Assembly (NCBI GenBank): GCA_963822695.1
Contig: CAWGJH010000010.1
Span: 10,094-74,093 of the forward strand
Direction of reading: 5' to 3'
DNA: 64,000 bases
DNA from: an uncultured Actinomycetota bacterium
Lineage (GTDB): Bacteria > Actinomycetota > Actinomycetes > Mycobacteriales > Pseudonocardiaceae
In this document: positions 11,615 through 24,353 of the stretch, piece by piece
Numbering within the stretch: the first letter of the stretch is position 1
Layout: each line of letters opens with the position of its first letter
Notes under the pieces: model-generated
Databases searched by the model: none
Seen by the model: the letters and a program-made list of their open reading frames with translations, nothing else
Told to the model about the DNA's origin: nothing
Program-made: the position numbers and the translations under genes

Positions 11615-13105
11615 TTGTGGAGGGCGGCCAGTTACTCTGAGCCGGTGCCCCCCACCCCGCAATCCCCCCGCGCTGCCCTGGTCACGTTGGGCTGCGCCCG
11701 AAACGAGGTCGACTCCGAGGAACTAGCCGGCCGGCTGACCGATGATGGTTGGGAGCTGGTTGACCCTGACGACGGTGTGGCCGACGTGGTGGTGGTCAAC
11801 ACCTGTGGTTTCGTCGCCGCTGCCAAGAAGGACTCCATCGATACCCTGCTGGCTGCTGCGGACACCGGCGCCAAGGTCGTTGCGGTCGGTTGCCTGGCCG
11901 AGCGCTACGGCGCCGAACTGGCGCAGAGCCTGCCGGAGGCCGACGCCGTCTTGGGCTTCGACGCCTACCCGGAGCTGGGTGGTCGGCTGCGCGACGTACT
12001 CGCCGGCCAGCCGGTGCCCGCGCACCAGCCGGTGGATCGCCGCACCCTGTTACCGATCTCCCCGGCGTCCCGGCCGGCGGCCCTTGCTGGCGGTCCCGCG
12101 CTGCCCGGGCACGGCTGGGGGCCTCCGTTTGCGCCCGCCCGCCCGACGCGCCGCCGGCTGGATGACGCCCCGGTAGCCCCACTGAAGATCGCGTCGGGTT
12201 GTGATCGGCGCTGCGCGTTCTGCGCCATCCCTACCTTCCGAGGTGCGTTCGTTTCCCGCCCGGTCAACGAGGTGCTGGCCGAGGCGGCGTGGCTGGCCGG
12301 GTCGGGGGTGCGGGAGCTGGTGTTGGTCAGCGAGAACTCCACGTCTTATGGCAAGGACTTGGGCCGCCCGGGCGCCCTGGAGGAGCTGCTGCGCCGGCTG
12401 GCCGCCATCCCCGGGATCCTGCGCACCCGGGTGTCCTACCTGCAGCCGGCGGAGACCCGCCCCGCGTTGGTGACCACGATCGTCGGCACTCCCGGCGTGG
12501 CCAGCTACTTCGACCTGTCCTTCCAGCACGCCAGCGAGCCGGTGCTACGCCGCATGCGCCGGTTCGGCTCGCGCGAATCCTTCCTGGCCCTGCTGGACCA
12601 GATCCGGCGCCACGCTCCCACCGCCGGAGCGCGCAGCAACGTGATCGTCGGGTTTCCGGGGGAGACCGACGCCGACGTCGCGGAGCTGGAACGTTTTCTC
12701 ACCGAGGCACGGCTGGACGCGGTGGGCGTATTCGGCTACTCCGACGAGGACGGCACTGAGGCCGCCGGCCTGCCCGGGCAGCACGACGAGGCCACCGTCG
12801 CTGAGCGCGTCGCACGGATCAACGGGCTGGTCGAGCAGCTCACCGCGCAGCGCGCCGAGGAGCGGATCGGGGAGACCGTGGACGTGCTGGTAGAGGCAGG
12901 CGCCGGGTCCGATGGATCAGCCGAGACTGTCGGGCGTGCGGAGCACCAGGCACCCGAGGTGGACGGTGAGTGCCTGCTCACCGGCTCGGGAGCGGACTCG
13001 TTCGCGCTCGGCGACATGGTGCGCTGTCGGGTGATCGCCGCCGAGGGTATCGACCTGGTCGTCGAGCCGATGGAGCTGATCGCCCCGGCTGGCGGCGTGC
13101 CGTGA
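11615..13105 (+). CDS. rimO: ribosomal protein S12 methylthiotransferase RimO
   Basis: N-terminal [19 protein letters not shown], radical-SAM [11 protein letters not shown], and a C-terminal TRAM-like region. The start position is uncertain. Confidence 0.85.
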   Translation: MWRAASYSEPVPPTPQSPRAALVTLGCARNEVDSEELAGRLTDDGWELVDPDDGVADVVVVNTCGFVAAAKKDSIDTLLAAADTGAKVVAVGCLAERYGAELAQSLPEADAVLGFDAYPELGGRLRDVLAGQPVPAHQPVDRRTLLPISPASRPAALAGGPALPGHGWGPPFAPARPTRRRLDDAPVAPLKIASGCDRRCAFCAIPTFRGAFVSRPVNEVLAEAAWLAGSGVRELVLVSENSTSYGKDLGRPGALEELLRRLAAIPGILRTRVSYLQPAETRPALVTTIVGTPGVASYFDLSFQHASEPVLRRMRRFGSRESFLALLDQIRRHAPTAGARSNVIVGFPGETDADVAELERFLTEARLDAVGVFGYSDEDGTEAAGLPGQHDEATVAERVARINGLVEQLTAQRAEERIGETVDVLVEAGAGSDGSAETVGRAEHQAPEVDGECLLTGSGADSFALGDMVRCRVIAAEGIDLVVEPMELIAPAGGVP

Positions 13106-13692
13106 CCCCGCCTCCGGTAATCAAAGTCCCGCTGTGGAACCTGGCCAACCTGCTGACTATGTCACGGATGGGGCTTGTGCCGGTGTTCGTGCTCGCCTTA
13201 TTCACCAGGGGTGGTAGCGATCCGGGATGGCGGGTCACCGCAGCGGTGGTATTCGGCGTCGCCTCGCTCACCGACCGGCTCGACGGCGACCTGGCCCGGC
13301 GTCGCGGCCTGATCACCAAGTTCGGCACGATTGCCGATCCGATCGCGGACAAGGCACTCATCGGAGCGGCGCTGGTGGGCCTGAGCATGCTGGGCGAGTT
13401 GGCTTGGTGGATCACCATGCTGATCGCCGTGCGCGAGTTGGGTGTCACTGCGCTGCGTTTCTGGGTCTTGCGGTACGGTGTGATCCCGGCCAGCCGTGGC
13501 GGCAAGGCGAAGGCGTTCGCCCAGGTGGTCGCGATCGAGCTCTACGTGCTCCCGCTCCTGCTGGCGGCACATCCGGTGCGCTGGGCAGCAATGGGCATCG
13601 CGGTGGGGCTCACGGTTATCACCGGCATCGACTATGTGGTGCGGGCACTGAGATTGCGCGCCTCCGGTCGCCGAGCCGTCGCGCTGCCATGA
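13102..13692 (+). CDS. pgsA: CDP-diacylglycerol-glycerol-3-phosphate 3-phosphatidyltransferase
   Basis: The GTG overlaps the rimO stop (GTGA). Has the CDP-alcohol phosphotransferase motif [12 protein letters not shown]....[11 protein letters not shown]. Confidence 0.9.
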   Translation: MTPPPVIKVPLWNLANLLTMSRMGLVPVFVLALFTRGGSDPGWRVTAAVVFGVASLTDRLDGDLARRRGLITKFGTIADPIADKALIGAALVGLSMLGELAWWITMLIAVRELGVTALRFWVLRYGVIPASRGGKAKAFAQVVAIELYVLPLLLAAHPVRWAAMGIAVGLTVITGIDYVVRALRLRASGRRAVALP

Positions 13693-13831
13693 CCGCCGAT
13701 GTAGGTGTTCCTGCAGTGGCGGCGGCCGTGTCGTTCGCCCACGGCGGACGCCCGGCCAGCCGACTGGTGAGTACGGTAGGGGGCAAGCAAGCCGGTGAGC
13801 GTAGGCCGGCCAACACCCGGGAGGAAACGCG

Positions 13832-14113
13832 ATGATGCTGCTGCGGGAGGCCATCGGCGATCGGCTGCGCCGGACGCGGACCTCGCAGCGCCGCACGCTG
13901 CGCGAGGTGTCCCGGGTGGCCCGGGTGAGTTTGGGCTATCTCTCCGAGGTGGAACGGGGTCGTAAGGAGCCATCCAGCGAACTCCTCGCATCGATCTGTG
14001 ACGCACTGGACCTGCCGCTGGACGAGCTGTTGCGGCGGGTGGCCAACGATCTCGGTCCGGTGTATCTGCCCGAGGTGCCAGATACCCTTGCGGCCGAGCT
14101 GGTTGCGGCCTGA
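13832..14113 (+). CDS. clgR: XRE-family HTH regulator ClgR
   Basis: 93 aa with [33 protein letters not shown]. It sits directly upstream of pspA, as in mycobacteria. Confidence 0.85.
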   Translation: MMLLREAIGDRLRRTRTSQRRTLREVSRVARVSLGYLSEVERGRKEPSSELLASICDALDLPLDELLRRVANDLGPVYLPEVPDTLAAELVAA

Positions 14114-14302
14114 GCTGGCGAAGTGGGGCCAGATCAGGGGTAAACCCTAGTTCTCCCTGGGGGCGGTGGAAGCGCTGCCCCGCACCTGACACCATGGAGT
14201 CAGCACGCGGCTCCATGGGCGGGTTGGGGGCTGGGCGGGTGGGGCGCTGGTCGGGTGCGGCGAAGCCGGGCCCGATTGGTCACGAGGAGAGGCAGCGGAG
14301 AA

Positions 14303-15127
14303 ATGGCCAACCCGTTTGTGAAGGCCTGGAAGTACCTCATGGCGGCGTTCTCGGCCAAGATCGATGAGCACGCCGATCCCAAGATACAGATCCAGCAGGC
14401 CATCGAAGAGGCGCAGCGCCAGCACCAGGCCCTGTCTCGGCAGGCTGCCGCCGTCATCGGCAACCAACGCCAACTGGAGGTCAAGCTCAACCGGCAGCTC
14501 GGCGAGATCGAGAAATACCAATCCTCGGCCAGGCAGGCCCTCGTGCTCGCCGACGAGGCGCGGCGGACGGGTGATGAGGACAAGGCGCGGCAGTACGAGC
14601 AGGCCGCAGAGTCCTTCGCCACCCAGTTGGTGACCGCGGAGCAGTCCGTGGAGGATCTCAAGACGCTGCACGATCAGTCCCTGCAAGCCGCAGGCCAGGC
14701 CAAGCAGGCGGTCGAGCGCAACGCGATGGTGCTGCAGCAGAAGCTCGCGGAGCGATCCAAGCTGCTCACTCAGCTGGAGCAGGCGAAGATGCAGGAGCAG
14801 GTCTCCGCCTCGCTGCAGTCCATGAGCGAGCTGGCCGCGCCGGGCAACACACCCTCCCTCGACGAGGTTCGGGACAAGATCGAGCGCCGCTACGCCAATG
14901 CCCTCGGGGCCGCCGAGCTGGCCAAGAACTCCGTGCAGGGCCGGATGCTCGAAGTGCAGCAATCCACACTGGACATGGCGGGCCGTACCCGGCTTGAGCA
15001 GATCCGCGCCTCGATCAGCGGGACGCCGATCGCGGGTGAGGTCACCGCCGGTGAGCCGGCGTCACAACCTGCCCCGCCGCGGCAGGTCCTGCCTCCGAAC
15101 AGCCAGCCACCGCGTGGGCAGGGCTGA
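14303..15127 (+). CDS. pspA: PspA/IM30-family envelope-stress protein
   Basis: Starts [42 protein letters not shown], followed by long coiled coil. An SD lies upstream. Confidence 0.9.
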   Translation: MANPFVKAWKYLMAAFSAKIDEHADPKIQIQQAIEEAQRQHQALSRQAAAVIGNQRQLEVKLNRQLGEIEKYQSSARQALVLADEARRTGDEDKARQYEQAAESFATQLVTAEQSVEDLKTLHDQSLQAAGQAKQAVERNAMVLQQKLAERSKLLTQLEQAKMQEQVSASLQSMSELAAPGNTPSLDEVRDKIERRYANALGAAELAKNSVQGRMLEVQQSTLDMAGRTRLEQIRASISGTPIAGEVTAGEPASQPAPPRQVLPPNSQPPRGQG

Positions 15128-15128
15128 T

Positions 15129-15944
15129 TTAAGTCTGGGCCAGGTCCGTCGGGATGCGACGTCGTAGCTGGCTGGTGCGCAGCATCCGGGCCAGCAGCAC
15201 GTCGAGGGCCACCGCGACGTCCCGGGCCCCGGGGGTGTCCCAGCGCTGGATCGGCAGCCCGGCGCCTTGCGCGTGTTGCACCGCCGAGCGCTCCGGTAGC
15301 ACAGTAGGGAGCACCAATGGCCCGAAGATCTCCCGCAGTTCGTTGATCCGGTAGTTGTGCTCGCTGGAGCGCACCTGGACCCGGTTGATCACCACGCCCA
15401 GAGGTTGCAGGTCGGGGTTGTGCTCGCGTTCGTGCTGCACGGCCTCGAAGGCACGTTGCACGCCGGCAACCGCGTAGATGGTCGGTTCGGTGACCAGCAG
15501 CGCCCGGTCGGCGGCCACCAGCGCCGAGCGGGTCAGCTGGCCCAGCGAGGGAGGGCAGTCCAGGAGCACCAGCCGGTAGGGCAGATTGTCGGCCATGGTG
15601 TCCAGCTTGGACAGCGCGTGGTCCAGCAGCCCGAGCCCGGCGCGGTCGGGATCCGGCCGGTTGTGCGCCTCGCTCTCCTCCCCACCGACCAGCACATCCA
15701 GGCCCTCACCCCAGGCGCTAGGCGCGATCGCGTTCCTGAGCACCGAGCGTTTCGAATCGGCCAGGACGTCGGCCAGCGTGGACTTCGTCTCGCCGGGCTC
15801 CAGGGTGGAGGTGCAATTGCCCTGCGGGTCAAGGTCTACGACCAAGGTTCGGATCTTCCGCTGCAGGGCAGCCCCGGCCAACCCGAGCACGATGGAGGTC
15901 TTGCCCACCCCGCCCTTGAGGCCGAGTACCGCCACGGTTCGCAC
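15129..15944 (-). CDS. ParA/Soj-like ATPase (orphan)
   Basis: Has the deviant Walker A LGLKGGVGKT and LLDCPPSLG. Confidence 0.85.
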   Translation of the reverse strand: MRTVAVLGLKGGVGKTSIVLGLAGAALQRKIRTLVVDLDPQGNCTSTLEPGETKSTLADVLADSKRSVLRNAIAPSAWGEGLDVLVGGEESEAHNRPDPDRAGLGLLDHALSKLDTMADNLPYRLVLLDCPPSLGQLTRSALVAADRALLVTEPTIYAVAGVQRAFEAVQHEREHNPDLQPLGVVINRVQVRSSEHNYRINELREIFGPLVLPTVLPERSAVQHAQGAGLPIQRWDTPGARDVAVALDVLLARMLRTSQLRRRIPTDLAQT

Positions 15945-16032
15945 CGGGGCAGCTTATGGTGCCCGCGTTCCCCTGATGTTCCCCCGGTGTTCCCCGCCCT
16001 TCCCTGCGGTTGAGCCGTCTAAGGTGCTGCCC

Positions 16033-16767
16033 ATGCGAGCCTGTGCCGTGCACCGAGCATTGGAGGCCGAGGTCGCCGCGGCATGTCAACGGCTGGGCGT
16101 CGCCCCCCGGGTGCTGGACGTGGGCGGTGGCAGCGGCGTCTGGGCCGTGCCCCTGGCCCGATCCGGCTGCCTGGTGACGGTGGTGGAGCCCAACCCCAAT
16201 GCGCTGGCCACGCTGCACCGTCGGGTCGCTGATGCCGGAGTCCAGCACCTGGTGAGGCCGGTGCAGGGGGACGCCGACTCGCTGGCCGACGCTGTTCCGG
16301 CAGCGAGTGCCGACCTCGTGCTCGGGCACGGCGTACTTGAGGTGGTCGAGGATCCCGCCGGGGCAATGCGAGCGTTAGCTGACGCCACTGCCCCCGGCGG
16401 CGCGGTATCGGTCCTGGTGGCTAACCGGTACGCAGCGGTGCTGGTCCGCGCGTTGGCCGGACGGCTGGCGCAGGCCCGCCGTGTGCTTGACGATCCGGAT
16501 GGCAGGCTCGGCGCGGCTGACCCCGTGCTGCGCCGCTTCGATACCGGTGGTCTCATCGCGCTGCTAGCGGCCAGCGGGCTGGGCGTCGAGCTGGTGCAGG
16601 GCGATGGGGTGGTTGCCGACCTGGTGCCTGGCAGCGTGCTGGAGGCCCATCCCGGGGCAGCCGAGGCGCTCGCCGAGTTGGAGCTGTCCGCGGCCGGGCG
16701 GGCACCCCTGCGCGACATCGCCAGCCGCTTACACGCGTTGGCCCGGCGCCCGGCGATAACCGGCTAG
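16033..16767 (+). CDS. class I SAM-dependent methyltransferase
   Basis: Has VLDVGGGSGVWAVPLAR (motif I). The upstream part of ORF 15586..16767 is antisense to parA and was rejected. Confidence 0.75.
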   Translation: MRACAVHRALEAEVAAACQRLGVAPRVLDVGGGSGVWAVPLARSGCLVTVVEPNPNALATLHRRVADAGVQHLVRPVQGDADSLADAVPAASADLVLGHGVLEVVEDPAGAMRALADATAPGGAVSVLVANRYAAVLVRALAGRLAQARRVLDDPDGRLGAADPVLRRFDTGGLIALLAASGLGVELVQGDGVVADLVPGSVLEAHPGAAEALAELELSAAGRAPLRDIASRLHALARRPAITG

Positions 16768-16848
16768 CATGAACGATATCGAACGTGTGTTCGACTAGTC
16801 GGAGGATGTCGTCGGACGGTGTCATTGTGGGGGTCATGAGGGGGTGTC

Positions 16849-18186
16849 ATGGGGCGCAGCGCTGACCTTCCCCGCGCGGACCTCGCACTGCGCGGGGTGG
16901 CCAGTTGTGCTGCCGATCGTGGCTGCCCCGTGCTGCACGTTGACATGGATGCCTTCTATGCCTCAGTCGAGGTTCGCGAACGTCCTGAACTGGCCGGGCG
17001 GCCCGTGGTGGTGGCGGGCGGCAGCAATCCGGCCGGGGACCGTGGCGTCGTGCTCTCAGCGAGTTACCAGGCCCGGGCGTTCGGGGTCCGCTCGGCTATG
17101 CCGGTTGCGCAGGCTCGCCGGCTGTGTCCGCAAGCGGAGTTCGTCTCGCCGCATTTCCCCCGCTATGCGGAGGTCTCTCGCGGCGTGATGGCGCTGTTCC
17201 GTGAGATCACCCCGCTGGTCGAGCCGCTGAGCCTGGATGAGGCCTTCCTCGACGTCGGCGGGTCCGTGCGCAGGCTGGGAATGAGCCCGGCCGGGATCGG
17301 GGAGTGGATCCGCGGCCAGGTCTACGACGCGCACCGGGTGACCTGCTCGGTGGGGGTGGCCCCGAGCAAGTTCCTCGCCAAGCTCGCCTCCGGGTTCTCC
17401 AAGCCGGACGGGCTGCTCGTGGTGCCTGCCGATGGTGCGCTCGAGTTCCTGCATCCGCTGCCGTTGTCCGCGTTGTGGGGAGTGGGCCGGCGCACCGCGC
17501 AGGCGCTGCGCCGGCTGGGGTGCGCCACCGTGGCCGACGTGGCGAGCACGCCACTGCCTGACTTGCGGCGTGCTGTGGGTGTCGCGTGTGCTCAGCACCT
17601 GCACGAGCTCGCCAACGGCCGGGACGAGCGGCACGTGGTGCCCGACGTGCCGGAGAAGTCTGTGGGGGCGGAGGAGACCTTCGCCCAGGATGTGGCTGAC
17701 CGGGTGGTGCTGCGGCGCGAGCTGCTGCGGTTGGTCGATCGCGCCACGGCTGTGCTACGTGGCCGCAGCCTGAGCGGGCGAACCATCGCGCTGAAGATCC
17801 GCTACCCCGATTTCACCACTATTACCCGCTCCCGAACGCTGGCCGATCCGACCGACTCCGTGCCCGAGGTGTTCGCGGTGGTTGCCGACCTGTTGGACGG
17901 TAACCTGCCTTGCGGGGCGGCGGTCCGGTTACTGGGAGTGCGAGTGGAACAGTTGGTCCGGGGCGCGGCGACCGAACAGCTCACCCTGGATGGGGGGAGC
18001 GTGAGGGGGAGTTGGGGGGCGAACCGCACCAGTGCGAACTGGTCGGACGCCGAACGTGCGGCGGACGCCGCGCGGTCCCGGTTCGGCGGTGCCGCCGTGC
18101 GGCTCGCTAGCCTGTTGGAGACGCCAGCGCGGTCCGGTGGCGGGGAAACGCAGCTCTTCCCTGAATCGGGTAACCAGATCGGCTAG
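16849..18186 (+). CDS. dinB: DNA polymerase IV
   Basis: Has VLHVDMDAFYASVE...SLDEAFLDV...GVAPSKFLAKLAS. Confidence 0.9.
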   Translation: MGRSADLPRADLALRGVASCAADRGCPVLHVDMDAFYASVEVRERPELAGRPVVVAGGSNPAGDRGVVLSASYQARAFGVRSAMPVAQARRLCPQAEFVSPHFPRYAEVSRGVMALFREITPLVEPLSLDEAFLDVGGSVRRLGMSPAGIGEWIRGQVYDAHRVTCSVGVAPSKFLAKLASGFSKPDGLLVVPADGALEFLHPLPLSALWGVGRRTAQALRRLGCATVADVASTPLPDLRRAVGVACAQHLHELANGRDERHVVPDVPEKSVGAEETFAQDVADRVVLRRELLRLVDRATAVLRGRSLSGRTIALKIRYPDFTTITRSRTLADPTDSVPEVFAVVADLLDGNLPCGAAVRLLGVRVEQLVRGAATEQLTLDGGSVRGSWGANRTSANWSDAERAADAARSRFGGAAVRLASLLETPARSGGGETQLFPESGNQIG

Positions 18187-18307
18187 TCCATACCGCTGCG
18201 GGCTCGTATCCTCGATGCTAGGAGCCCACGGTAGGCAGCCGGTGGCCGCAGGTACTACCGTCGGGGTCGGACACCGTATCGACAACCGGAGTGCCGGAGG
18301 AGGAGCG

Positions 18308-18700
18308 ATGCCACTCTCCGAGCACGAGCAGCGTCTGCTCGACCAGATTGAGCGCGCGCTCTATGCAGAGGACCCCAAGTTCGCGTCGAACGTGCGGGGA
18401 GCCCGGATGCGCAGCCGGCCTCATCGCCGCCGAATCCAGGGAATCGCGCTTTTCGTGCTGGGCTTGCTGCTCCTTGTCGCTGGTGTCATGCTTCCCTTCC
18501 GCCCGGTCGGGATCCCTGTCGTCAGCGTTCTCGGGTTCCTGGTGATGTTTGCCGGCGCCGTCGTCGCGATCTTCTCTCGCCGCGCTGCTGGGGAGGGTCG
18601 GGGCGCGGGATCGTCGGACCGTTCACCCACCGGGCAAGGTCGCAGCACCCTGGCCCAGCGGATGGAGCAGCGGTTCCGTCGCCGCTTCGAGGAGCATTAG
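18308..18700 (+). CDS. DUF3040 membrane protein
   Basis: Starts MPLSEHEQRLLDQIERALYAEDPKFAS, followed by two TM segments. Confidence 0.8.
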   Translation: MPLSEHEQRLLDQIERALYAEDPKFASNVRGARMRSRPHRRRIQGIALFVLGLLLLVAGVMLPFRPVGIPVVSVLGFLVMFAGAVVAIFSRRAAGEGRGAGSSDRSPTGQGRSTLAQRMEQRFRRRFEEH

Positions 18701-18732
18701 TGTCAGGTCGCCCAGTACCTGTCGCCCAGTAC

Positions 18733-21050
18733 CTAGGGCCGTCTGCGCAGTACTGAGCGTGGTAGCAGCCGGGCCATCCGGCTCAGCGGGGCGCACCGAG
18801 CCAGGCTGGCGCGCACGGCGTCCACGGCGGCGAAGAGCTCACGATCGGTGGTGCCGGACGGGCTGGGACGGCCGACGCTGGCGTACCAGGATCTCTCCAC
18901 CGCACCGACCACGATGCGCAGCCCGGCTCGCCCCGGCTCATCCAGGGCGTGCTCATGGGCCAACCGCTCAGCTGTTGCCCGCACGGTCTCGCTCGCGGGG
19001 GGCACCACCCCGCGGTCCGCGGACTCCGCCAACACCTCCTCCCACGCGGCGGAGACCGCCAGCGGGCCGCCGGCGCCAACCAGGTGCAGCCGCCGGCGGC
19101 GTCGGCCCGCACGCACTCCCAGCGGGGTGAACCCCGCCAGCACACCGAGCCCCAGCAGCCCGGTCACGCGCAGCCCGATCCTGGTGCCGACGCCGATTCC
19201 GGGGTCACTGACGCTGGCCTGCGACGGTGCCGCGACGAGCGGGTCCGGCGCCGGCGTGGCGGACCCGCTCGTCGCGGTCGGCAGCGGTCCACCAGGTGCG
19301 GTGGGGCCAGCAGGCACATAATTCGGCATCACGGTGCGCCCGTCAGACGGGGGAGTCGGGTCGAACGGCAGCCATCCAGCGCCCGGGAACCAGGCCTCCA
19401 CCCAGGCGTGCGCGTCGTCGGTGGTGATCAGCCGGGAGCCGTCGGTGACGGTGCCGGGGGTGAAGCCGACCGCGACCCGGGCCGGTACGTGCAGCGTCCG
19501 CAACATGATTGCCATCGCCGAGGCGAACTGCTCGCAGTAGCCCCGGCGGCTGGTGACCAGGAAATCCACCAGAGCGTCCTCGCTGTTGCCTGGGGCAGTG
19601 TGCAAGTCGTAGCGGAACCCGTTGCTGGGTTGGGTGAACCACCGGTTGAGGGCGACCGTGGCGTCGAACGCCGTCCGGGTGCCCGCGGTGACCTGGGTCG
19701 CCAGCTGGCCCACCCGCTGATCCACTCCGGCGGCGTCGAGGTACCGCGAATCGACGGTGCTGAACGGTGCACCACCAGCGGGGCCCGCTGCGCGGAGCAG
19801 CTGAGGATCCGACGCAGGGAGCACCCCCAACTCGCTGTACGGCCCAGCGCGCTGGCGGTGGGGGGAGAAGATGGTGATCGCGTCGGGGTCGTAGTTCCAG
19901 TCCTGACTGACACCGGCTAGCGCCAGCGGGTAGCCGAAGGCCGGCAGCCAGTTATCCACATAGTTGATCGGCTCGATCTGCACCCGCAGGATGGACCCGG
20001 ATAACGGGGTGGATACCCCGGCGGGCAGTGGCAACCTCTCGGTCCTGTCCTCACTCGCCGGTACCGTGCCGTCCAGCGGGCCCCGCTGCCAGCCCACTCG
20101 GGTGGTGAACCGGCTCAGCGTCAGTGCCCGTAGGTAGGCCCGTGGGTAGACCCGTTGCTCCCCAGCCCCAGCCCCCGGACCCGGAACAGCGCCACGACGT
20201 TTCCGCTGGACAGTTGCCCGCGCAGGGAGGTGAAGGGGTTCAACCCGATCCCGCTTCCTGGCTGGCCAGTGCCAGTGCCAGTACCGGTGCTGGTTGACCG
20301 GCCGGTACCCACCGCGGTCACCGTCGCTCCGACGAGCAGTGCCACCACCATGGCGCCGGTAGTCACCGCGACCGCGGCGGGTGCGGCACCGATGTGCCCG
20401 CCAGAGCCGGCGGATGGCCCCCACACCAGTTGCCGTTGCCGACTGTCGACGGCGAGCAGCAGCGCGAAGCCCAGGGCGCTCAGCGTGAAGCTCCACCAGG
20501 GCAGCAGCCGGTCCGCCGCCGTGGCAGGCACGGTGACCACACACAACAGCACCAGCCCGGCGGAGGCGGGCGCGGCGGCTGAGACGGCCAGGGTGTGCAC
20601 CGCAACGGCGGCCAGTCCGACGGCGACCACCACCAGGCAGAGCAGTTCGGCGCTTTCTGGCAGCGGGGACACGCCGACCCGGATCTGCTGGGCGGCCCGT
20701 GCAAGTAATGCGCGTAGCTGCGCCGCCGCAGTTGGTCCGGGCAGCACGACCAGCCAGCCGCTGGACGTGAATACCGCGGTGACCAGTCCCACCAGCGCGG
20801 CGAGCTGACCGGCCGCGACCACGATCGGTGGCATCCGCAGCCAGCGCAGGAGCACTCCGGCCGTGACCGCAATGGCGGTGGTCAGCACCACAAAGCCCCA
20901 CCAGCGCGGCCCCGCGAGCACGCCGACCAACGAAGTCGCGGCGAGCGCGACAGCCAGCCCGGCGACCGCGGGTGGCAGCACCCGTGCGGTGAACCCGGTC
21001 ACCGGGGCACCTGCAGCTTGCTGCGGGAACTGATACATAACTGGTCCCAC
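18733..21050 (-). pseudogene. transglutaminase-like membrane protein (TgpA-like), frameshift near 20130-20150
   Basis: The N-terminal multi-TM part is in ORF 20121..21050. The remainder is in ORF 18733..21168 (YLRALTLSRF...; catalytic GYCEQFASAMAIMLR...DAHAWVEAWFPGAGWLPFDPTP). The frames change within G-runs (ggggctggggctgggg). Confidence 0.8.
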
Positions 21051-22261
21051 ACCGAGGATGGCGGCTGCTCCGGGCGGGCCACCGCGACTGACCAGCCCGC
21101 CGCGACGAGCAGCCGGGCGGCCTGCGCCGGATTGGGTGCGGCAGCCACACGTGAGTCGTCTCCGGCACTGTTCCAGGCCGCGACGTCCAGCAGCACGGCG
21201 TGGCTGCTCGTGCCGCGCGGGCGGTGCGCCAGCAGCAGTTCGATGACCACCGGTTCGACGGCCCCGAGCACGGCGATCACCTCCTGCCTGCTGGCCATCG
21301 CCGGGCCGCTGGCGAGGTCGTGCTGGTCGGTCGCACGCAGCGCGGCGAGGGCGTCGAGCGCGATGTCGATGGTGTGGTCGGTTCCGTCATCGGCGACAGC
21401 CCGCACCAGGCCGTCGCCGGTGACCAGCCGCACCCGCTGACCGCGCTGCCGTAGATGCACATACACGCTGGCGGCCAGTGACACCGCGTACTCCAGACTT
21501 GAGGTGGGACCGCTGCCCTGATGTGCCGCGTTGCGGTGGTCCAGCAGCACGGTGGCACCGCCGCGCTCCGGCCACTCCTCAACCCGCACCATCAGCTCGT
21601 CTCGCCGCGCCGTGGTGCGCCAGTGCACCTTGCGCAAGTCATCACCTTGCCGGTAACTGCGCACCACCACGGTGTCCTGGCCCGGGCCGACGCCTACTCG
21701 TCCGCCGCCCGCCTCGCCGGCACCCAGCTCACCTCCGGCGGGCAACCCGGTCAGTGGCACCACCATGGGGATCACGACCAGCCGGCTGTGCCCGGCGAGC
21801 GTGCGCTTGTACTCCGCCAGGCCGAGTGGATCGGTGATCCGCGCGATCAGCGGACCCAGCGAGTGCACCCTGCGCTCTACCGGGTGGAGCGGGTAGCTCA
21901 GCGCTACCGCGCCGCGCTGCGGTAGGCGGGCCACTACGGCTCGGCGGGAGCCGCCCAGTGCTGGGGGTACCACGTCCTCGAGCAGCAGCCGGCCGCTCAG
22001 CCCTCCGGTGCCGCGCAGCGTCAGGTGCGCCTGGCACTCGCTGCCGACCGCGATCCGAGATGGCACCAGCTTTCGGTCCGCCCGCAGCCTGAGCTGGGTG
22101 TGCCCGACGATCACGCTGGCCAGTAGCGGAAGCATGATGGCGAAAGCTGCCACCCGTAGCAGGTCCCGTTCGTTGACCAGCACCGCGCACAGCGCCGCCG
22201 TGAGTCCGGCGGCGAGCAGGCAGCGGCCGCGGGTGGTCAGGCCGGCGAGCCGTCCGGGCAC
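20999..22261 (-). CDS. DUF58 protein (MoxR-associated)
   Basis: Two N-terminal TM segments and VRSYRQGDDLRKVHWRTTARRDELMV. Confidence 0.85.
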   Translation of the reverse strand: MPGRLAGLTTRGRCLLAAGLTAALCAVLVNERDLLRVAAFAIMLPLLASVIVGHTQLRLRADRKLVPSRIAVGSECQAHLTLRGTGGLSGRLLLEDVVPPALGGSRRAVVARLPQRGAVALSYPLHPVERRVHSLGPLIARITDPLGLAEYKRTLAGHSRLVVIPMVVPLTGLPAGGELGAGEAGGGRVGVGPGQDTVVVRSYRQGDDLRKVHWRTTARRDELMVRVEEWPERGGATVLLDHRNAAHQGSGPTSSLEYAVSLAASVYVHLRQRGQRVRLVTGDGLVRAVADDGTDHTIDIALDALAALRATDQHDLASGPAMASRQEVIAVLGAVEPVVIELLLAHRPRGTSSHAVLLDVAAWNSAGDDSRVAAAPNPAQAARLLVAAGWSVAVARPEQPPSSVWDQLCISSRSKLQVPR

Positions 22262-23314
<1,053 letters not shown>

Positions 23315-23668
23315 GGCCCGATCCTGACAAGCAGATCTCGCGGGTTCACGTGATCTCTGGACCGCCTTCCGGGTCGCTGGTGTACCGGGGGTCGGTGCAC
23401 GCACACGCTGAGTCGAGTCTGTCAAACATCGTCTGGATGACCACACTGCGGGAGGTGTCGCCGTTCCGCGCCAGAACAGACCAGGGCGGCTCCCCCCACT
23501 TCCCCCCACCCGTGCGCCCCCTGACGCGCCGGAAGCACCCGCGCTGCCTCGCCAGGCAGCGCCTGAGCCGCCGAGCAGCTCGCGCGCCGGGCGGTCACCC
23601 CACTTCTGGATTACGTCCCTGAACTGGTCAGATCATGCAGTGTACGGGAACACGGAGGTTCCTGCGCG

Positions 23669-23720
23669 TTGACAGTGGTGGAAAGTGGGGTACGGTGGTT
23701 GGCAGTGGAGCGGCAGTGGA
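23669..23720 (+). promoter_or_regulatory. candidate dcw promoter with phased MraZ-box array
   Basis: TTGACA at 23669-23674 and TACGGT (TAnnnT) at 23691-23696. GTGG occurs at 23675, 23685, 23695, 23705 and 23716, giving 10/10/10/11-bp phasing about 55 bp upstream of mraZ. Confidence 0.5.
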
Positions 23721-23771
23721 GCTCCATGGCCGGTCCGCAGGGCTGGTGGGCTGGCTGGGGAGGTGGGTGGC

Positions 23772-24203
23772 GTGTTCCTGGGCACGCACACGCCCCGGCT
23801 CGACGACAAGGGCCGGTTGACGTTGCCGGCGAAGTTCCGCGATGCGCTCGCAGGGGGGTTGATGGTCACCAAGGGGCAGGACCACTGCCTTTACATCTTT
23901 CCGCGAGCCGAGTTCGAGGAGATGGCCCGCAAGGTGGCGCAGGCGCCGTTCACCAACGAGGCGGTGCGGGCCTACCAGCGTTACCTGTTCGCCGGCACCG
24001 ACGAGCAACGCCCGGATGGGCAGGGCCGTATCTCGATCGCGGCCGAGCTGCGGCGCTACGCCGGGCTGAGTAAGGACTGCGCGGTGATCGGGGCAATCAA
24101 CCGTTTGGAGATCTGGGATAGCGCGGCGTGGCAGCGCTATCTGGAGGAGCACGAGGAGGCCTACTCCCAGGCGCAGGAGGAGGTGTTGCCTGGCGTGATG
24201 TGA
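23772..24203 (+). CDS. mraZ: transcriptional regulator MraZ
   Basis: GTG at 23772. Starts [23 protein letters not shown], with a second DGQGRISI repeat. Confidence 0.95.
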   Translation: MFLGTHTPRLDDKGRLTLPAKFRDALAGGLMVTKGQDHCLYIFPRAEFEEMARKVAQAPFTNEAVRAYQRYLFAGTDEQRPDGQGRISIAAELRRYAGLSKDCAVIGAINRLEIWDSAAWQRYLEEHEEAYSQAQEEVLPGVM

Positions 24204-24353
24204 CCCGGTGCCACGAGGCCTCCGCCCGGAGGCGCATCGACCGTGTTCAACACCATCAACGGCGATGCGCAACAACACGGACCAGCAGAGCCCTGACGCA
24301 CCTTCCCCGGCGTCAGGATCTGGCACCGGGCGGAGACCTGGCGGCATCGCGGA

